Counted from the stretch's first letter, positions 9,746-19,938 are shown. The stretch is 64,000 bases of DNA from Candidatus Moraniibacteriota bacterium (GCA_035390125.1 DAOOTD010000002.1:41908-105907); one strand, 5' to 3'. Notes: generated from the sequence alone by a model not told the origin. Made by a program: numbers and translations.

Positions 9746-12700
9746 TTATTCTTTTTTTTCAAAAATTGATTCTGGCATTAAAGAAAATATTATCCCCATC
9801 GAGAACACCAGAACGATTGAAGTTACTGTTATTCTTAGCAAAAACAACATCTGCTCTGGCAGGTTTGTTATGAGGCTCGCAAAAATACCTGCTTTTTGGG
9901 GACTTTTCATAAACGTTATAGGGTCTTTTGTCACTTCTATAACAAACTCCTGATTAACATAGATGTCTTTATTTGAACTTAGAGGAGAGATGCCCCACTT
10001 ATCTTTAAGCTCTTTGCGCAAAGCATTGAGACCCTCCCTCTCCGCTCTTTCTAGTTTTGCTGTTCTGACTTTATATCCCACCAAATAGCTGTCCTTAGCT
10101 TCTTTTTTAACTGTAAATTCGAATGTGGAAGAATCTCCTGTAGAGGAAATTGTAATATCACCATCATCATTTCCATATGAAGCATCTCCATCTAATACCT
10201 GGACTCCATCAAGATACCATTCAAAAACTGCTTTTTGCCCAAAACTGTTTCCTGCAGTAGCTGTTAAAGAAACCCTCGTGTCTTCTTTAGCTTCCATAAC
10301 TGTATTACTAAAAGAGTCAACTTCATTGTTGTCTACGGTGTAGTATGTGCCCATAAATTTTCTCATAGCTCCTGAGGCACTGGATATCTGAGCATAGGAT
10401 CCGACAATAACAAATCTTTGGGTAATTTCTTGCCTGACGCCATTTTGGTTTGTTCCCCTAGCAACAACATTCACGGATTCTCCCGGATTACCTATAATAG
10501 GAAAGATTAGACCATTAAAACCCTGGCAGAGAGTTGAAAGACATTCCATTGATTGGCCGTTAACTTTCCAGGAATAGCCGCTTCCTCCATCTACCTCGAC
10601 CGCCACTAATTTGTTTTGTGTCACGGGACAAATTGCTTCTCCTTGTCCATTACATATTTGACTTCCTATACTAATCCCTGATGCGGAATAGCTTATCTCT
10701 CTTACTTTTATTGTTTCCGTTTGATTTCTAACCTTAACGATAACCTGCCCTTGGCTTGATTGGCCAGAGTTATTGTCCGTGGTTTTTACTGTAATCCTTA
10801 GATAAAATATGTCGCCCTCTATATCTAATGTGAGCGGGAAGCTTATTTTGCTTTTACCTAAACCGCTTAAAGATCCTATTTTCACGTCCTGTCCGCCCGT
10901 GCTTGATTCAGTTGGCGGAGAAGTAAATGCCTCCACTTTCCACTCATAATAAATGTCTTTCAAATCACCCGAGTTTTTTGACATAGCCTGAACCGTCAGG
11001 GTGTCGCTGTTTAAACCCTCTGGGTCATTCAGGGGATTTGTAGGCGTGGCAGAAAGTTTTGTTTCAAAAGCATATGAGACTCCGCCGGTTGCATCACTGC
11101 TAAGCGGATCCACTAAGTTTTCTTCTAGGCATCTATCTAAATCAAAATCTGTAGTCAATATTCCTTTATTGTTTTCAGGGTCTTTATAAAAAGCTGTCGT
11201 TGCTGTTCCATTAGTTCCTCCGTCTGTCATTTCTTTCCCCACTATGTCCTTTAATTCATCACACTTGCCTTTTGAAAATGCCCACATAATCATATTCTTT
11301 GAATCATTGTGTGGTCCCGCTAGTTGGCTTTCGCCCTCAACAACCACCCCGATTTCATCGCCATCAGTATATGTCCAATTAAATTTTTTAGCTCCCAATC
11401 CAATTACAGTAGCTTCATCTGCTTTTCCTTTAAAATTTTCTCCAAAATAAAAATTTTTTTCATTAGTTTTAAATTGGCCATCCCCGGGCTTAAAATTTTC
11501 GTCCGGATCATAAGGAAATAGGTGTTTGCATAAATTATCTTCCTCCCCCAACGCCGGTCCAAAGGAACAACTTGGTTCAAGATCTGGATTTCCTGTTACC
11601 TCAGAATTAGAATCTTCTACAAACACCCCGCTAATGGTTCCGTCTGACTTTACTCCATTTATCAGGCCCTGCGTCAGATAAGAACAATTTTCATGTTCTG
11701 AACTATAGAGCACTTCATCTAAAATTCCTGGTGGAGGTGCAAGTAGACCAATGTTAGTGTTGGGCTTTCCCAATGAAGAACAAAACGCGCCTTCACTTCT
11801 AACTATAGTCGCTCTAATATTATCAGGCGCAGTTTTATTGTTATCTATCATATTAAAATTCCCGCTTGCCGGCATGCATATCGGTGTTCCTCCATTTTTA
11901 CACGACAAATATGCATGAAACAGTTTATAGTCCTCACTTTTAGTTGTGCAATTAAATACCTGTTTCATTCCGGCTTCTCCAGTTGAGCTTGCAATACTTT
12001 TAACCATGCAGCCACTAAAATTCATGTCATTATGTTTCAGTTCCCAGCATGCATTTGCATCATAAAAAGGCGGTATAGTGTTGGGCGGACTTGTGTTTGT
12101 TGGGTCACAGACCGGCTCTGTTCCTGTAAATGCTGGGTCCAGCACCTCGCAGTTCATTGTTCGGTCTTCTACGCAAGCTGGCACCGGATAGTCATCTGGG
12201 CATGGGGTCTTGAAAATTGGTTCCGTTTTTCTTAATTCATAAATAAGTCCGCTTACTGGTTCCTGTACATAGCAATTTTCTGCTTCATACTTATTGCCGC
12301 TTTCTCTTTTCCAGGTTTTAATCCATCCATCATCATCTTCGACTGAGGGCACCGCCTCTATTCCAGCTTCCGCGGAGGTGTCTCCCTCGGCACTATTTTG
12401 GCCGGCATATCTTAGGGCGGCTAACTTCCAATCGTTAGGCGTTATGACATTATCGTTATCCAAATCACACGAGTCTCCATCGGCTCCTCCGTCCTTATCC
12501 CACCACTCGTCTGTTAAATCACAGTCTTTATTCTTTAAATACCATGTATAATAAAGATTATCACCACTAAATCCTGCCACCACTGCTTCGGCAGTTGCGG
12601 AAGCTCCAGTTTGAGGAACACCTCCTGGGAACATGACTCTTATTTCTACCTTGGGACCCTCTTTTTTGCCTTCAGCGGTTTGTTGCGCTATGGTAATCTC

Positions 12701-12832
12701 ATCTTCATCTTCCTGACTTAAGTCGGAAGAGACAGAAGCTGCTTGCAAATATACTGGAGCAGGAAATGTTTGTAAAAAAAGCATACATAAAATAGTTGCC
12801 AGATAAACTAATTTTTTATTTTTTTTACGCAT
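9746..12832 (-). CDS. giant (1028 aa) Cys-rich secreted surface protein with C-terminal TM anchor
   Basis: N-terminal signal peptide (MRKKNKKLVYLATILCMLFLQTFPAPVYLQAA) and a C-terminal hydrophobic anchor. Many paired Cys and Gly/Asp/Thr-rich segments. First gene of a co-directional cluster with the pilin-like genes. Confidence 0.6.
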   Translation of the reverse strand: MRKKNKKLVYLATILCMLFLQTFPAPVYLQAASVSSDLSQEDEDEITIAQQTAEGKKEGPKVEIRVMFPGGVPQTGASATAEAVVAGFSGDNLYYTWYLKNKDCDLTDEWWDKDGGADGDSCDLDNDNVITPNDWKLAALRYAGQNSAEGDTSAEAGIEAVPSVEDDDGWIKTWKRESGNKYEAENCYVQEPVSGLIYELRKTEPIFKTPCPDDYPVPACVEDRTMNCEVLDPAFTGTEPVCDPTNTSPPNTIPPFYDANACWELKHNDMNFSGCMVKSIASSTGEAGMKQVFNCTTKSEDYKLFHAYLSCKNGGTPICMPASGNFNMIDNNKTAPDNIRATIVRSEGAFCSSLGKPNTNIGLLAPPPGILDEVLYSSEHENCSYLTQGLINGVKSDGTISGVFVEDSNSEVTGNPDLEPSCSFGPALGEEDNLCKHLFPYDPDENFKPGDGQFKTNEKNFYFGENFKGKADEATVIGLGAKKFNWTYTDGDEIGVVVEGESQLAGPHNDSKNMIMWAFSKGKCDELKDIVGKEMTDGGTNGTATTAFYKDPENNKGILTTDFDLDRCLEENLVDPLSSDATGGVSYAFETKLSATPTNPLNDPEGLNSDTLTVQAMSKNSGDLKDIYYEWKVEAFTSPPTESSTGGQDVKIGSLSGLGKSKISFPLTLDIEGDIFYLRITVKTTDNNSGQSSQGQVIVKVRNQTETIKVREISYSASGISIGSQICNGQGEAICPVTQNKLVAVEVDGGSGYSWKVNGQSMECLSTLCQGFNGLIFPIIGNPGESVNVVARGTNQNGVRQEITQRFVIVGSYAQISSASGAMRKFMGTYYTVDNNEVDSFSNTVMEAKEDTRVSLTATAGNSFGQKAVFEWYLDGVQVLDGDASYGNDDGDITISSTGDSSTFEFTVKKEAKDSYLVGYKVRTAKLERAEREGLNALRKELKDKWGISPLSSNKDIYVNQEFVIEVTKDPITFMKSPQKAGIFASLITNLPEQMLFLLRITVTSIVLVFSMGIIFSLMPESIFEKKE

Positions 12833-12863
12833 AAATAAAAAGGGGATTATTTTATTAAAAACA

Positions 12864-13502
12864 TTATATTTGCATATTTATTAAACGCACCATATTTGCA
12901 TGTAAAACAATTATTACAAGAAATTGACAGGCTGTTGCATAAAAAATAGATCTACTCTTATATACAATCCAACCAGCTAAAGGAGCGCTTATTAAATAGG
13001 GAAAAAGAGACCAAGTTAAAGATTTTGTCCCAATAACTAAGGCAAAAAAAAGTAAAAATTGGACCAATATCCCCCACTGGGATATTCTTTTTTCTAGTAT
13101 CAGAAGCACAAATCCCCGGAAGAAAAAATCATATATAAAAATAACAGGCAAAACTCTTGAAAATTCATAAAAAATAAACTCCTTATAATTATTTATAATA
13201 GAAGAAGTTATGGGATATTTTGTTAAAAAATCAAAAAAATAAATAGCTATAAAAAAAGCAAAACCAGTTATAATTAAACTTATGCCACTCCAAATTAATC
13301 CTTGTTTCCAATTGCCAATCTTAATCCCAATATCACTTAACTTTTTTTTTAATATAAATTTATTAAATATTATAGGGATTAAAATAAAAAAAGTAACCAT
13401 TATAATAAGTAGCTGAAAATTATTTCTTGAAGGAAAAAGACCATAGGTAATTAATAAGCAAATAATAAAAAATAAGCTCATTATAAATTCTTTTGTTTTC
13501 AT
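12864..13502 (-). CDS. multi-TM membrane protein, possible CPBP (CAAX protease)-family
   Basis: Six hydrophobic helices. Weak matches to CPBP motifs (YEFSRV...FFFRGFV, LHANM). Confidence 0.3.
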   Translation of the reverse strand: MKTKEFIMSLFFIICLLITYGLFPSRNNFQLLIIMVTFFILIPIIFNKFILKKKLSDIGIKIGNWKQGLIWSGISLIITGFAFFIAIYFFDFLTKYPITSSIINNYKEFIFYEFSRVLPVIFIYDFFFRGFVLLILEKRISQWGILVQFLLFFALVIGTKSLTWSLFPYLISAPLAGWIVYKSRSIFYATACQFLVIIVLHANMVRLINMQI

Positions 13503-13818
13503 GGAAATTTAAATATATTAAAAACTCCTATTGAAATTATATTAGCATATTTTTTAGAAAAATACTAATAAATTAATTTTAATTTATTTAATTATAATAA
13601 ACCTAATTATTATTAAGATAGATGTTTTTGTGGATAAGATAAAAATCAATTAGAAAATTAGGTAACTTTTTGTTTTCCGTGTTGTGTATAAAGCATAACT
13701 AAAAATTATATGTATATGTTGACAAAAATAAACAAAAAGAAATAAATTATGTTTTTATTTTTTATACACAATTAAATAAGGTTATATTAACAAAAGAAAA
13801 CGCCTTAAAAAACTATTA

Positions 13819-14274
13819 TTAACAAATTATCCACTTTTTATTAAAGTTTTTATTTAATAATGTAAGAAACATAATAAAACTTCCAATAAAAATTCCTATA
13901 TCGGCAATATTAAAGACGGGCAATAATTCTCTAAAAAATACAATATAATCAAAAACACACCCAAAAAAAGCCCTATCAAAGGCATTTGAAAGTGCTCCAC
14001 CAATAAAAACTCCTGTGCTTAAAAAAAAGACACATAAATCAGTTTTTATTTTAATCAGGAAGATAATAAAGATCAAGCAAAAAAGGCCTAAAAAAAGCCA
14101 AAAAAAAGCATTTGGCATGCTTATGCTAAAAGATATGCCTTCATTGCATATATAAAATCCGTCTTCATGACGGATTTTATATTTAAAAAACTGATCTATA
14201 AAAAAAATAAGAGAAAAAGCAGTGAAAAAACACAAAAATCTAAAAAAATAGTTTATTAAAATTTTTCTTTGCAT
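13819..14274 (-). CDS. lspA: lipoprotein signal peptidase II
   Basis: Conserved LspA motifs GGALSNAFDR, VFDYIVF and FNIADIGIFIGS. Confidence 0.85.
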   Translation of the reverse strand: MQRKILINYFFRFLCFFTAFSLIFFIDQFFKYKIRHEDGFYICNEGISFSISMPNAFFWLFLGLFCLIFIIFLIKIKTDLCVFFLSTGVFIGGALSNAFDRAFFGCVFDYIVFFRELLPVFNIADIGIFIGSFIMFLTLLNKNFNKKWIIC

Positions 14275-14275
14275 T

Positions 14276-14629
14276 TTACTGGCAATTAAAGCATTTTTTA
14301 GCTGCTGGATAGGCCCTTAAACGTTCTAATGGTATATCAGCCTTACAATTTTCACATTTACCATAATTATCAGTAGCCATTTTATCAAGGGCGTCAGAAA
14401 TTTCTTTTAGCTGTTTTTCAAAAACAGCCTCCAACGCAAGGTTGTCTGCATATTCCTCAACCTCAGTTGCATTTTCATCCTCATCGTCCCCTATATTATC
14501 AAAAGTAGTGTTGTAATCATCAGGATTTTTTGTCGGCTTAGCTATTCTCGCAAGCTCTTCCCGTATCCTCTTTTTTTCTTTAATAAGACTTTCTTTTAAT
14601 TCTGCTAAATTTTGTTGCTCAATAGACAT
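14276..14629 (-). CDS. TraR/DksA-family C4 zinc-finger protein
   Basis: C-terminal CENCKADIPLERLRAYPAAKKCFNC four-Cys finger with an acidic coiled-coil N-terminus. Adjacent to lspA. Confidence 0.75.
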   Translation of the reverse strand: MSIEQQNLAELKESLIKEKKRIREELARIAKPTKNPDDYNTTFDNIGDDEDENATEVEEYADNLALEAVFEKQLKEISDALDKMATDNYGKCENCKADIPLERLRAYPAAKKCFNCQ

Positions 14630-14690
14630 ATAATTATGACAATTAATGGTTTATATCTGAAATTATAGCAAAAAAAAAGTCCGATGTCTA

Positions 14691-15086
14691 CTATAAAAAA
14701 ATGTTTTTTAAATGTCTTAATTCGGAACAATTTTTGTTGTTATCCAACAATATGGAAATAGCATCAAATCGGCAAGAAACATCAAATAAACTATGTTTAT
14801 TAATATAAAAATTAGCTATTTTATTTATTTTATGCAGTTTTTTTGCATTTATGCTTTCTTCAGGTAGAGGAGAATTTTTATTGAAATCTGAGCGAGTTTT
14901 TACTTCAATAAAAACCATTTCTTCCCTGTCTTTGGCGATTATGTCAATTTCGCCTAAACGGCGACCATCCGGATTAGAAAAGTTTGTTTCCAATATCTTG
15001 TATCCATGGCCTTTAAGGTACTCAGTGGCTATTTTTTCTCCGTGCTTACCTATTAAAAGGCTTTTAAATTTAAATGAAAAAGACAT
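14691..15086 (-). CDS. yraN: YraN-family endonuclease (UPF0102)
   Basis: GEIDIIAKD...VFIEVKTR...RFDAISI pattern typical of YraN PD-(D/E)xK-like proteins. Confidence 0.8.
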   Translation of the reverse strand: MSFSFKFKSLLIGKHGEKIATEYLKGHGYKILETNFSNPDGRRLGEIDIIAKDREEMVFIEVKTRSDFNKNSPLPEESINAKKLHKINKIANFYINKHSLFDVSCRFDAISILLDNNKNCSELRHLKNIFL

Positions 15087-15120
15087 ATAATGTGCATAAA
15101 AACAAAAACCCTCTGTTGAG

Positions 15121-15420
15121 GGAAGCGTCTTTAAGGTTAATGTGAGGATAAAACCGGATTTTTATGCTCGCATTATCCCTAAAATAAGGTATGGAAACCC
15201 GGCGCTGTAAAGCGCCCAATTATATAATAAATGGCGAACAGCGCCGAGTGTTTGTATGTATCAACACTCAACGTGGAAATGATATAGCCCGGGTGAAGGC
15301 TTGTTCGTCATTATAGCGTAAGTGTATTTTGTATACATACGGAAATTCATTAGTTTCTAACTTTACTAATGTTTATGCTTCTACCGTTCTCTGGCATGAT
15401 AGCCTTTGATTGGTTGTTTA
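15121..15420. ncRNA. GC-enriched structured intergenic region; candidate unidentified ncRNA
   Basis: In an otherwise AT-rich genome this 300-bp stretch has local GC-rich hairpins (ggcgctgtaaagcgcc, ggcgaacagcgccgagtg, agcccgggtgaagg). It lies in a 760-bp gene-free gap between two minus-strand genes. No rnpB/ssrA/ffs hallmark motif found by eye. Confidence 0.3.
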
Positions 15421-15533
15421 AGGTACTACTTTTTTATTGTTTATTTTTATATTTAAAAAAGTTTTTTGTTTTTGTTTTAGGGTCCCTGGTTAGAATCAGG
15501 GCGGCTTCTTGATTCATTGATCAAGAAACACTT

Positions 15534-15596
15534 GAACAGTGGAAGCGTTCCAATCACAAATAGGGGGAAATTGTGATTGGAACGCTTCCACTGTTC
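15534..15596. repeat. perfect 26-bp inverted repeat with 11-nt G-rich loop
   Basis: gaacagtggaagcgttccaatcacaa + atagggggaaa + ttgtgattggaacgcttccactgttc. No flanking T-run, so not a canonical terminator. Two shorter hairpins lie just upstream (15484-15501, 15506-15527). Confidence 0.9.
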
Positions 15597-15844
15597 CAAA
15601 AAGAAGATTTAATTTAGTAAAGAACATTTTATAACCTAATTATAGCAAAAAAAAGACAATCGGTCAATAATATTTTATAATAAAAGGCTTTTTATGGGGA
15701 AAAATGATGAAAATAACTTTTTTAACAAAAATAACTCAATAAAAAGAAAAGATAGTAAAAATTAAAAAGTAATTTATTTTTGTTTTTTAATTAGCAAAAT
15801 CCACAATTATCCCCAAGTTATCCACAATTAAACAAAAAAGCTGG

Positions 15845-16954
15845 TCACTTTTTGTCTATTAATCGATCAACTATTGCGCGCATGGTGTTTTTACTTGTGG
15901 AAACAATCAATTTATCCGAAATTATAGAATAATCTATCGACATTGTTATGCGGTCATTTACGTTAAAAAACCTTATGGGAATGTCTCTGTAAATGCTGTC
16001 TTTAAAAAGCCCCTTGGCTATCTCGGGTTTTTCATTTAGAAAGAGAAAAGAAGCATCGGTAATAAAACTTTTTTCCTGTTTCAAGAGTTCGGCTATCAAA
16101 ATTTCTTTTTTGACTACATTTGCTGCAAAGGAAAGGCGTGAGTTTCCGGAATCGTTGTAAAGAAATAGAGAAAAATTTTCTCCCAAGCTGCTCAAAATCA
16201 AGGGCGACAAATTAAGCTTTGCTGCAGTTGCAAAAATTGGGAACGCCACCGGCTTATTGTTGGCGTCAACAACAACAAACTCATAGGAAGCTCTTTCTTG
16301 AGATATTGTTTTTAATTCTTCGGCCAAACTAGTAAGTGTTTTTTTAATGTCTTCAGAAGAAATGGTTGTAAAGTCAAGAGACAAATAATTCGGTTTTGTA
16401 GAAGAATATTTTTCCATAGACACGGTGGGCTCAGTCGCGGGCGTAACCCCTGTTGGTTTTTGAGATGTTTCTTCCTCCGCAATCTCAATTGGGACATAGG
16501 CATTTTCACTTTTTTTGTTTAAGAAATAGGATTTTCCTGCATAATATCCTCCCAACATAATAACAATAGTAGCGACTACTCCAGACATAATTATGGCAAT
16601 TTTACGCCTATTGGAAGCACTTTTTTTGTTATTAGAAAAGGCCATATCAAGATCTTTTGTATCTAGCTTCCCATCCTGTTTCACAAAAGGATGAACAAGT
16701 TTAGAAGAAACTTCACCCGGAACGAAAGTCTTTTTTTGCGGAGCTTCCATTGGGGTCGGCTTAGGTATAAATATTTTAGAAACCTCGGCCTGATTTATGT
16801 TTTTTATATCACCTTTATTTTTTTGCAAATAAAGAAGATCATCTTTCATTGTATGGATTGAAAACTCTCCCACTCCCTCAATTTTCTCATCGTTAGTTTT
16901 GTTGGTAACGGTATTATTAATAAAAGGAGACCCTAGATTGGTTGGTGTTGTCAT
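15845..16954 (-). CDS. hypothetical bitopic membrane protein
   Basis: 369 aa with one central TM (IAIIMSGVVATIVIMLGGYYAG), a cytoplasmic N-terminus and an extracytoplasmic C-domain. Confidence 0.5.
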   Translation of the reverse strand: MTTPTNLGSPFINNTVTNKTNDEKIEGVGEFSIHTMKDDLLYLQKNKGDIKNINQAEVSKIFIPKPTPMEAPQKKTFVPGEVSSKLVHPFVKQDGKLDTKDLDMAFSNNKKSASNRRKIAIIMSGVVATIVIMLGGYYAGKSYFLNKKSENAYVPIEIAEEETSQKPTGVTPATEPTVSMEKYSSTKPNYLSLDFTTISSEDIKKTLTSLAEELKTISQERASYEFVVVDANNKPVAFPIFATAAKLNLSPLILSSLGENFSLFLYNDSGNSRLSFAANVVKKEILIAELLKQEKSFITDASFLFLNEKPEIAKGLFKDSIYRDIPIRFFNVNDRITMSIDYSIISDKLIVSTSKNTMRAIVDRLIDKK

Positions 16955-17045
16955 TTTTTTATTTTATAAAATAAATTTACAAAAAATGTAAGCACATTGA
17001 TTGCACTTACATTTTACAATAAACACCTTTTTTTGCCAAGAAAAA

Positions 17046-19154
17046 TTAATTCGTTATTGGCCTTACGTTTTTTGCAGTCAAGTTAATGCGACCTTGATCA
17101 TCAATAAGTTTTACTCTTACTGGAACAATGTCTCCAATTTTTACGACATCCTCAACCCTGGCTATACGCTGGTCGGAAAACTCCGAAATGTGGATAAGGC
17201 CTTCCTGTCCCGGTAAAATTTCTGCAAAAGCGCCAAAAGTCATAAGACGGGTAACCTTAGCATTGAAAATTTCTCCAACCTTTACTTCATGGGTAAGGTT
17301 ATCAATCCATTTTTGAGCTCGGAGAGCTGAAGTTTCATCGGTTGAGGTAATGAAAATAGAACCATCGTCTTCAATGTCGATCTGTACCCCGGTTTCATCG
17401 ATAATTTCATTGATAATTTTACCACCAGTTCCGATAACATTTCTGATTTTGTCAGGGTTTATGTGAAGAGTTATTATTCTAGGAGCATATTGAGACATAT
17501 TTTTTTTTGATTCCGGTATAGTAGCCAGTATTTTGTCTAATATTTCCATGCGATTATTTTTAGATTGCATCAAAACTGCCTTTAACATATCAACAGTTAT
17601 ACCATCAACTTTAACGTCCATTTGCAGGGCAGTAATTCCTTCGCTGGTTCCGGCCGCCTTAAAATCCATGTCGCCATAATGATCTTCAAGGCCCTGAATA
17701 TCAGTTAAAATCTTGAATTTATTGTTTTTTCCAACAATAATTCCCATAGCAATTCCGCTAACTGGCCGTTTTATAGGTACCCCGGCATCCATAAGGGAAA
17801 GAGTCGAACCACAGGTTGAAGCCATTGATGAAGAACCATTTGATTCAAGAATCTCACTTACAACTAAGACAGTATAAGGAAATTCTTCTTTTGGTGGGAT
17901 TACAGGCAAAAGAGCTCGTTCAGCCAAGGCCCCGTGACCAATTTCTCTTCTTCCTGGTCCACGCATGGCTTTTATTTCTCCTACGGAATAAGGAGGAAAA
18001 TTATAATGATGTATATACCTTTTCTTAGTGTCAATTTCCATTGTGTCTATAACCTGTTCATCACCTGGAGACCCTAGGGTCGTTACGGTCAGAGCCTGAG
18101 TTTCTCCGCGAGTGAAAAGTCCTGTACCATGAGTCCTTGGAAGAATTCCAACCTTACAATCAATGTGGCGAATTTCATCTAATTTTCTACCATCAGGTCT
18201 TTTTTCCTTTTCTAAAATATTCGCGTGTACGATCTCATCAGAAGCTTCTTCAAAAACTTGCTCGGCAATTTCTTTTAGCTTTTCTATATCTTCTGTGAAG
18301 GTTTCTTTTATGTATTCATTTACCTTTTCCTTTATTTTCGCGGTTTTTTCTTCTACTATTTTCTTCTTTGGATCATATAAAGCTTCAGCCAGGCCCTCTG
18401 CGAGCAAAATTTCTTTAACTTTAGCTTCAAACTCTTGGGTGCCCTGAATTAAAACTGGCTCAATTTTTTCTTTGCCAACTTCCTTGGCTATTTCTTCAAT
18501 GAAAGTAGCAATTTTTGTAATGGCCTCCTGTCCAAAAGCAAAAGCTTTAACAATTTCTTCTTCCGGAACCTCTTTGGCACCAGCTTCTAGCATGTTTATT
18601 TTGCTTTTTGTTCCAGAAATTACCAAATCAAGATTGCTTTCAGCTAATTCTCCATTTACCGGATTTAAAACAAATTCTCCATTAACTTGACCAACCCTGA
18701 CTGCAGCTACCGGACCGTTCCATGGAATATTTGAAATAGACAAAGCTGTTGAAGCGGCAATAATCGAGACGATATCTGGATCGTTTTCGCCATCAATTGA
18801 AAGTACTGTCACTACAACCTGCACCTCATTTCTCATGCGGCCATTAAAAAGAGGCCTGATGGTTCGGTCAACAACTCGTCCAGTTAAAACGGCTTCTTCT
18901 GAAGGACGGCCATCTCTTTTAATAAATTTTGAACCTTTTATTTTTCCGGCAGCATAATATCTTTCCTCAAATTCAACTGAAAGAGGAAAATAACCGCTGA
19001 CCCTGGCAGCCTCTTTGCTCATAACAGCAGTTGCTAAAACAACTGTATCACCATAACGAGCAGTTACAGCTCCGCCAGCCTGCTTAGCCAAAAGACCAGT
19101 TTCTATTTCAAGAACCCGACCTCCGATCTGGAGAGACCATTTTTTTTGTTCCAT
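17046..19154 (-). CDS. pnp: polyribonucleotide nucleotidyltransferase (PNPase)
   Basis: Two RNase PH domains plus KH and S1 tails. Highly conserved blocks (FTRGETQAL, GxxGxREIGHG). rpsO upstream. Confidence 0.95.
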   Translation of the reverse strand: MEQKKWSLQIGGRVLEIETGLLAKQAGGAVTARYGDTVVLATAVMSKEAARVSGYFPLSVEFEERYYAAGKIKGSKFIKRDGRPSEEAVLTGRVVDRTIRPLFNGRMRNEVQVVVTVLSIDGENDPDIVSIIAASTALSISNIPWNGPVAAVRVGQVNGEFVLNPVNGELAESNLDLVISGTKSKINMLEAGAKEVPEEEIVKAFAFGQEAITKIATFIEEIAKEVGKEKIEPVLIQGTQEFEAKVKEILLAEGLAEALYDPKKKIVEEKTAKIKEKVNEYIKETFTEDIEKLKEIAEQVFEEASDEIVHANILEKEKRPDGRKLDEIRHIDCKVGILPRTHGTGLFTRGETQALTVTTLGSPGDEQVIDTMEIDTKKRYIHHYNFPPYSVGEIKAMRGPGRREIGHGALAERALLPVIPPKEEFPYTVLVVSEILESNGSSSMASTCGSTLSLMDAGVPIKRPVSGIAMGIIVGKNNKFKILTDIQGLEDHYGDMDFKAAGTSEGITALQMDVKVDGITVDMLKAVLMQSKNNRMEILDKILATIPESKKNMSQYAPRIITLHINPDKIRNVIGTGGKIINEIIDETGVQIDIEDDGSIFITSTDETSALRAQKWIDNLTHEVKVGEIFNAKVTRLMTFGAFAEILPGQEGLIHISEFSDQRIARVEDVVKIGDIVPVRVKLIDDQGRINLTAKNVRPITN

Positions 19155-19320
19155 AAGAACGTATCAGCCTATAGCTAATGACGTTATAAACACGATATTA
19201 AACTCAAAAATTAAGTTTATTATTGTGTCTCCTACGCACAGGCCAAGGCTTTGAAATTGTTAATTGTTCGAATAATAGCCTCTTTTTTTATTTTTGTCAA
19301 CGTAAATTTAAAAACAGGAT

Positions 19321-19350
19321 TAAGTATTATTCCTGTTTTTAAATAAAAAA
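19321..19350 (-). terminator. hairpin + T-run downstream of the NYN gene
   Basis: aacaggattaagtattattcctgtt stem-loop with T tracts on both sides. Confidence 0.5.
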
Positions 19351-19357
19351 CAAAGAG

Positions 19358-19855
19358 TTATATCAAAAACTTTTTCTTATTTTCGCTGATATCTATGAAT
19401 CCATCAGCCTTTTCTAGCAGTTTGGTGCTGGCAGATTCTCTGAAAGCCATAACCTCCACGCGGCAGCCGGTGGTATTTTGTATATATTCAACTACGGGGA
19501 TGTAGTCTCCATCGCCAGAAACTAAAATGATAGAATCCAGGCTTTTAGATAATTTAATAGCGTCAACAGCAATGCCGACATCCCAATCTCCCTTTTTAGC
19601 TCCTCCGGGAAAAATTTGCAGATCCTTAGTTTTAACTTCAAACCCTTGTTTTTCCAGAGCTTCAAAAAACTTTTCTTCTTGTCCTTCTAGTGTTTTAATG
19701 CCATAAGCAATGGCGCGAATAATTTTTCTTTCACCCACGCCTAATTTTAGAAGCTGTCCAAAGTTAACCTTCTTTTTATATAAAACCCGAGCGCTGTAGT
19801 AGAGATTTTGGATGTCAACCAAAACTCCGACGCGCTGTTCTTTAAATTGAGCCAT
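19358..19855 (-). CDS. NYN-domain (LabA-like) protein
   Basis: LVDIQNLYYS...ILVSGDGDY pattern of NYN/LabA ribonuclease-fold proteins. Confidence 0.6.
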   Translation of the reverse strand: MAQFKEQRVGVLVDIQNLYYSARVLYKKKVNFGQLLKLGVGERKIIRAIAYGIKTLEGQEEKFFEALEKQGFEVKTKDLQIFPGGAKKGDWDVGIAVDAIKLSKSLDSIILVSGDGDYIPVVEYIQNTTGCRVEVMAFRESASTKLLEKADGFIDISENKKKFLI

Positions 19856-19938
19856 AAGCTTAGAATTTTGAATTATGAATTTATAATTTTGAATAAAGAC
19901 GGAAAAATAAAAGCAGGTTACCCTGCTTTTATAATATA

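Noticed and set aside
15121-15420. Assigning the GC-rich region to rnpB, ssrA or ffs.
   Set aside because: No GGAAAGTCCGGGC / ACAGAACCCGGCTTA pair in the right order, no tmRNA TTCGA T-arm or tag-peptide frame, and no SRP domain IV motif.
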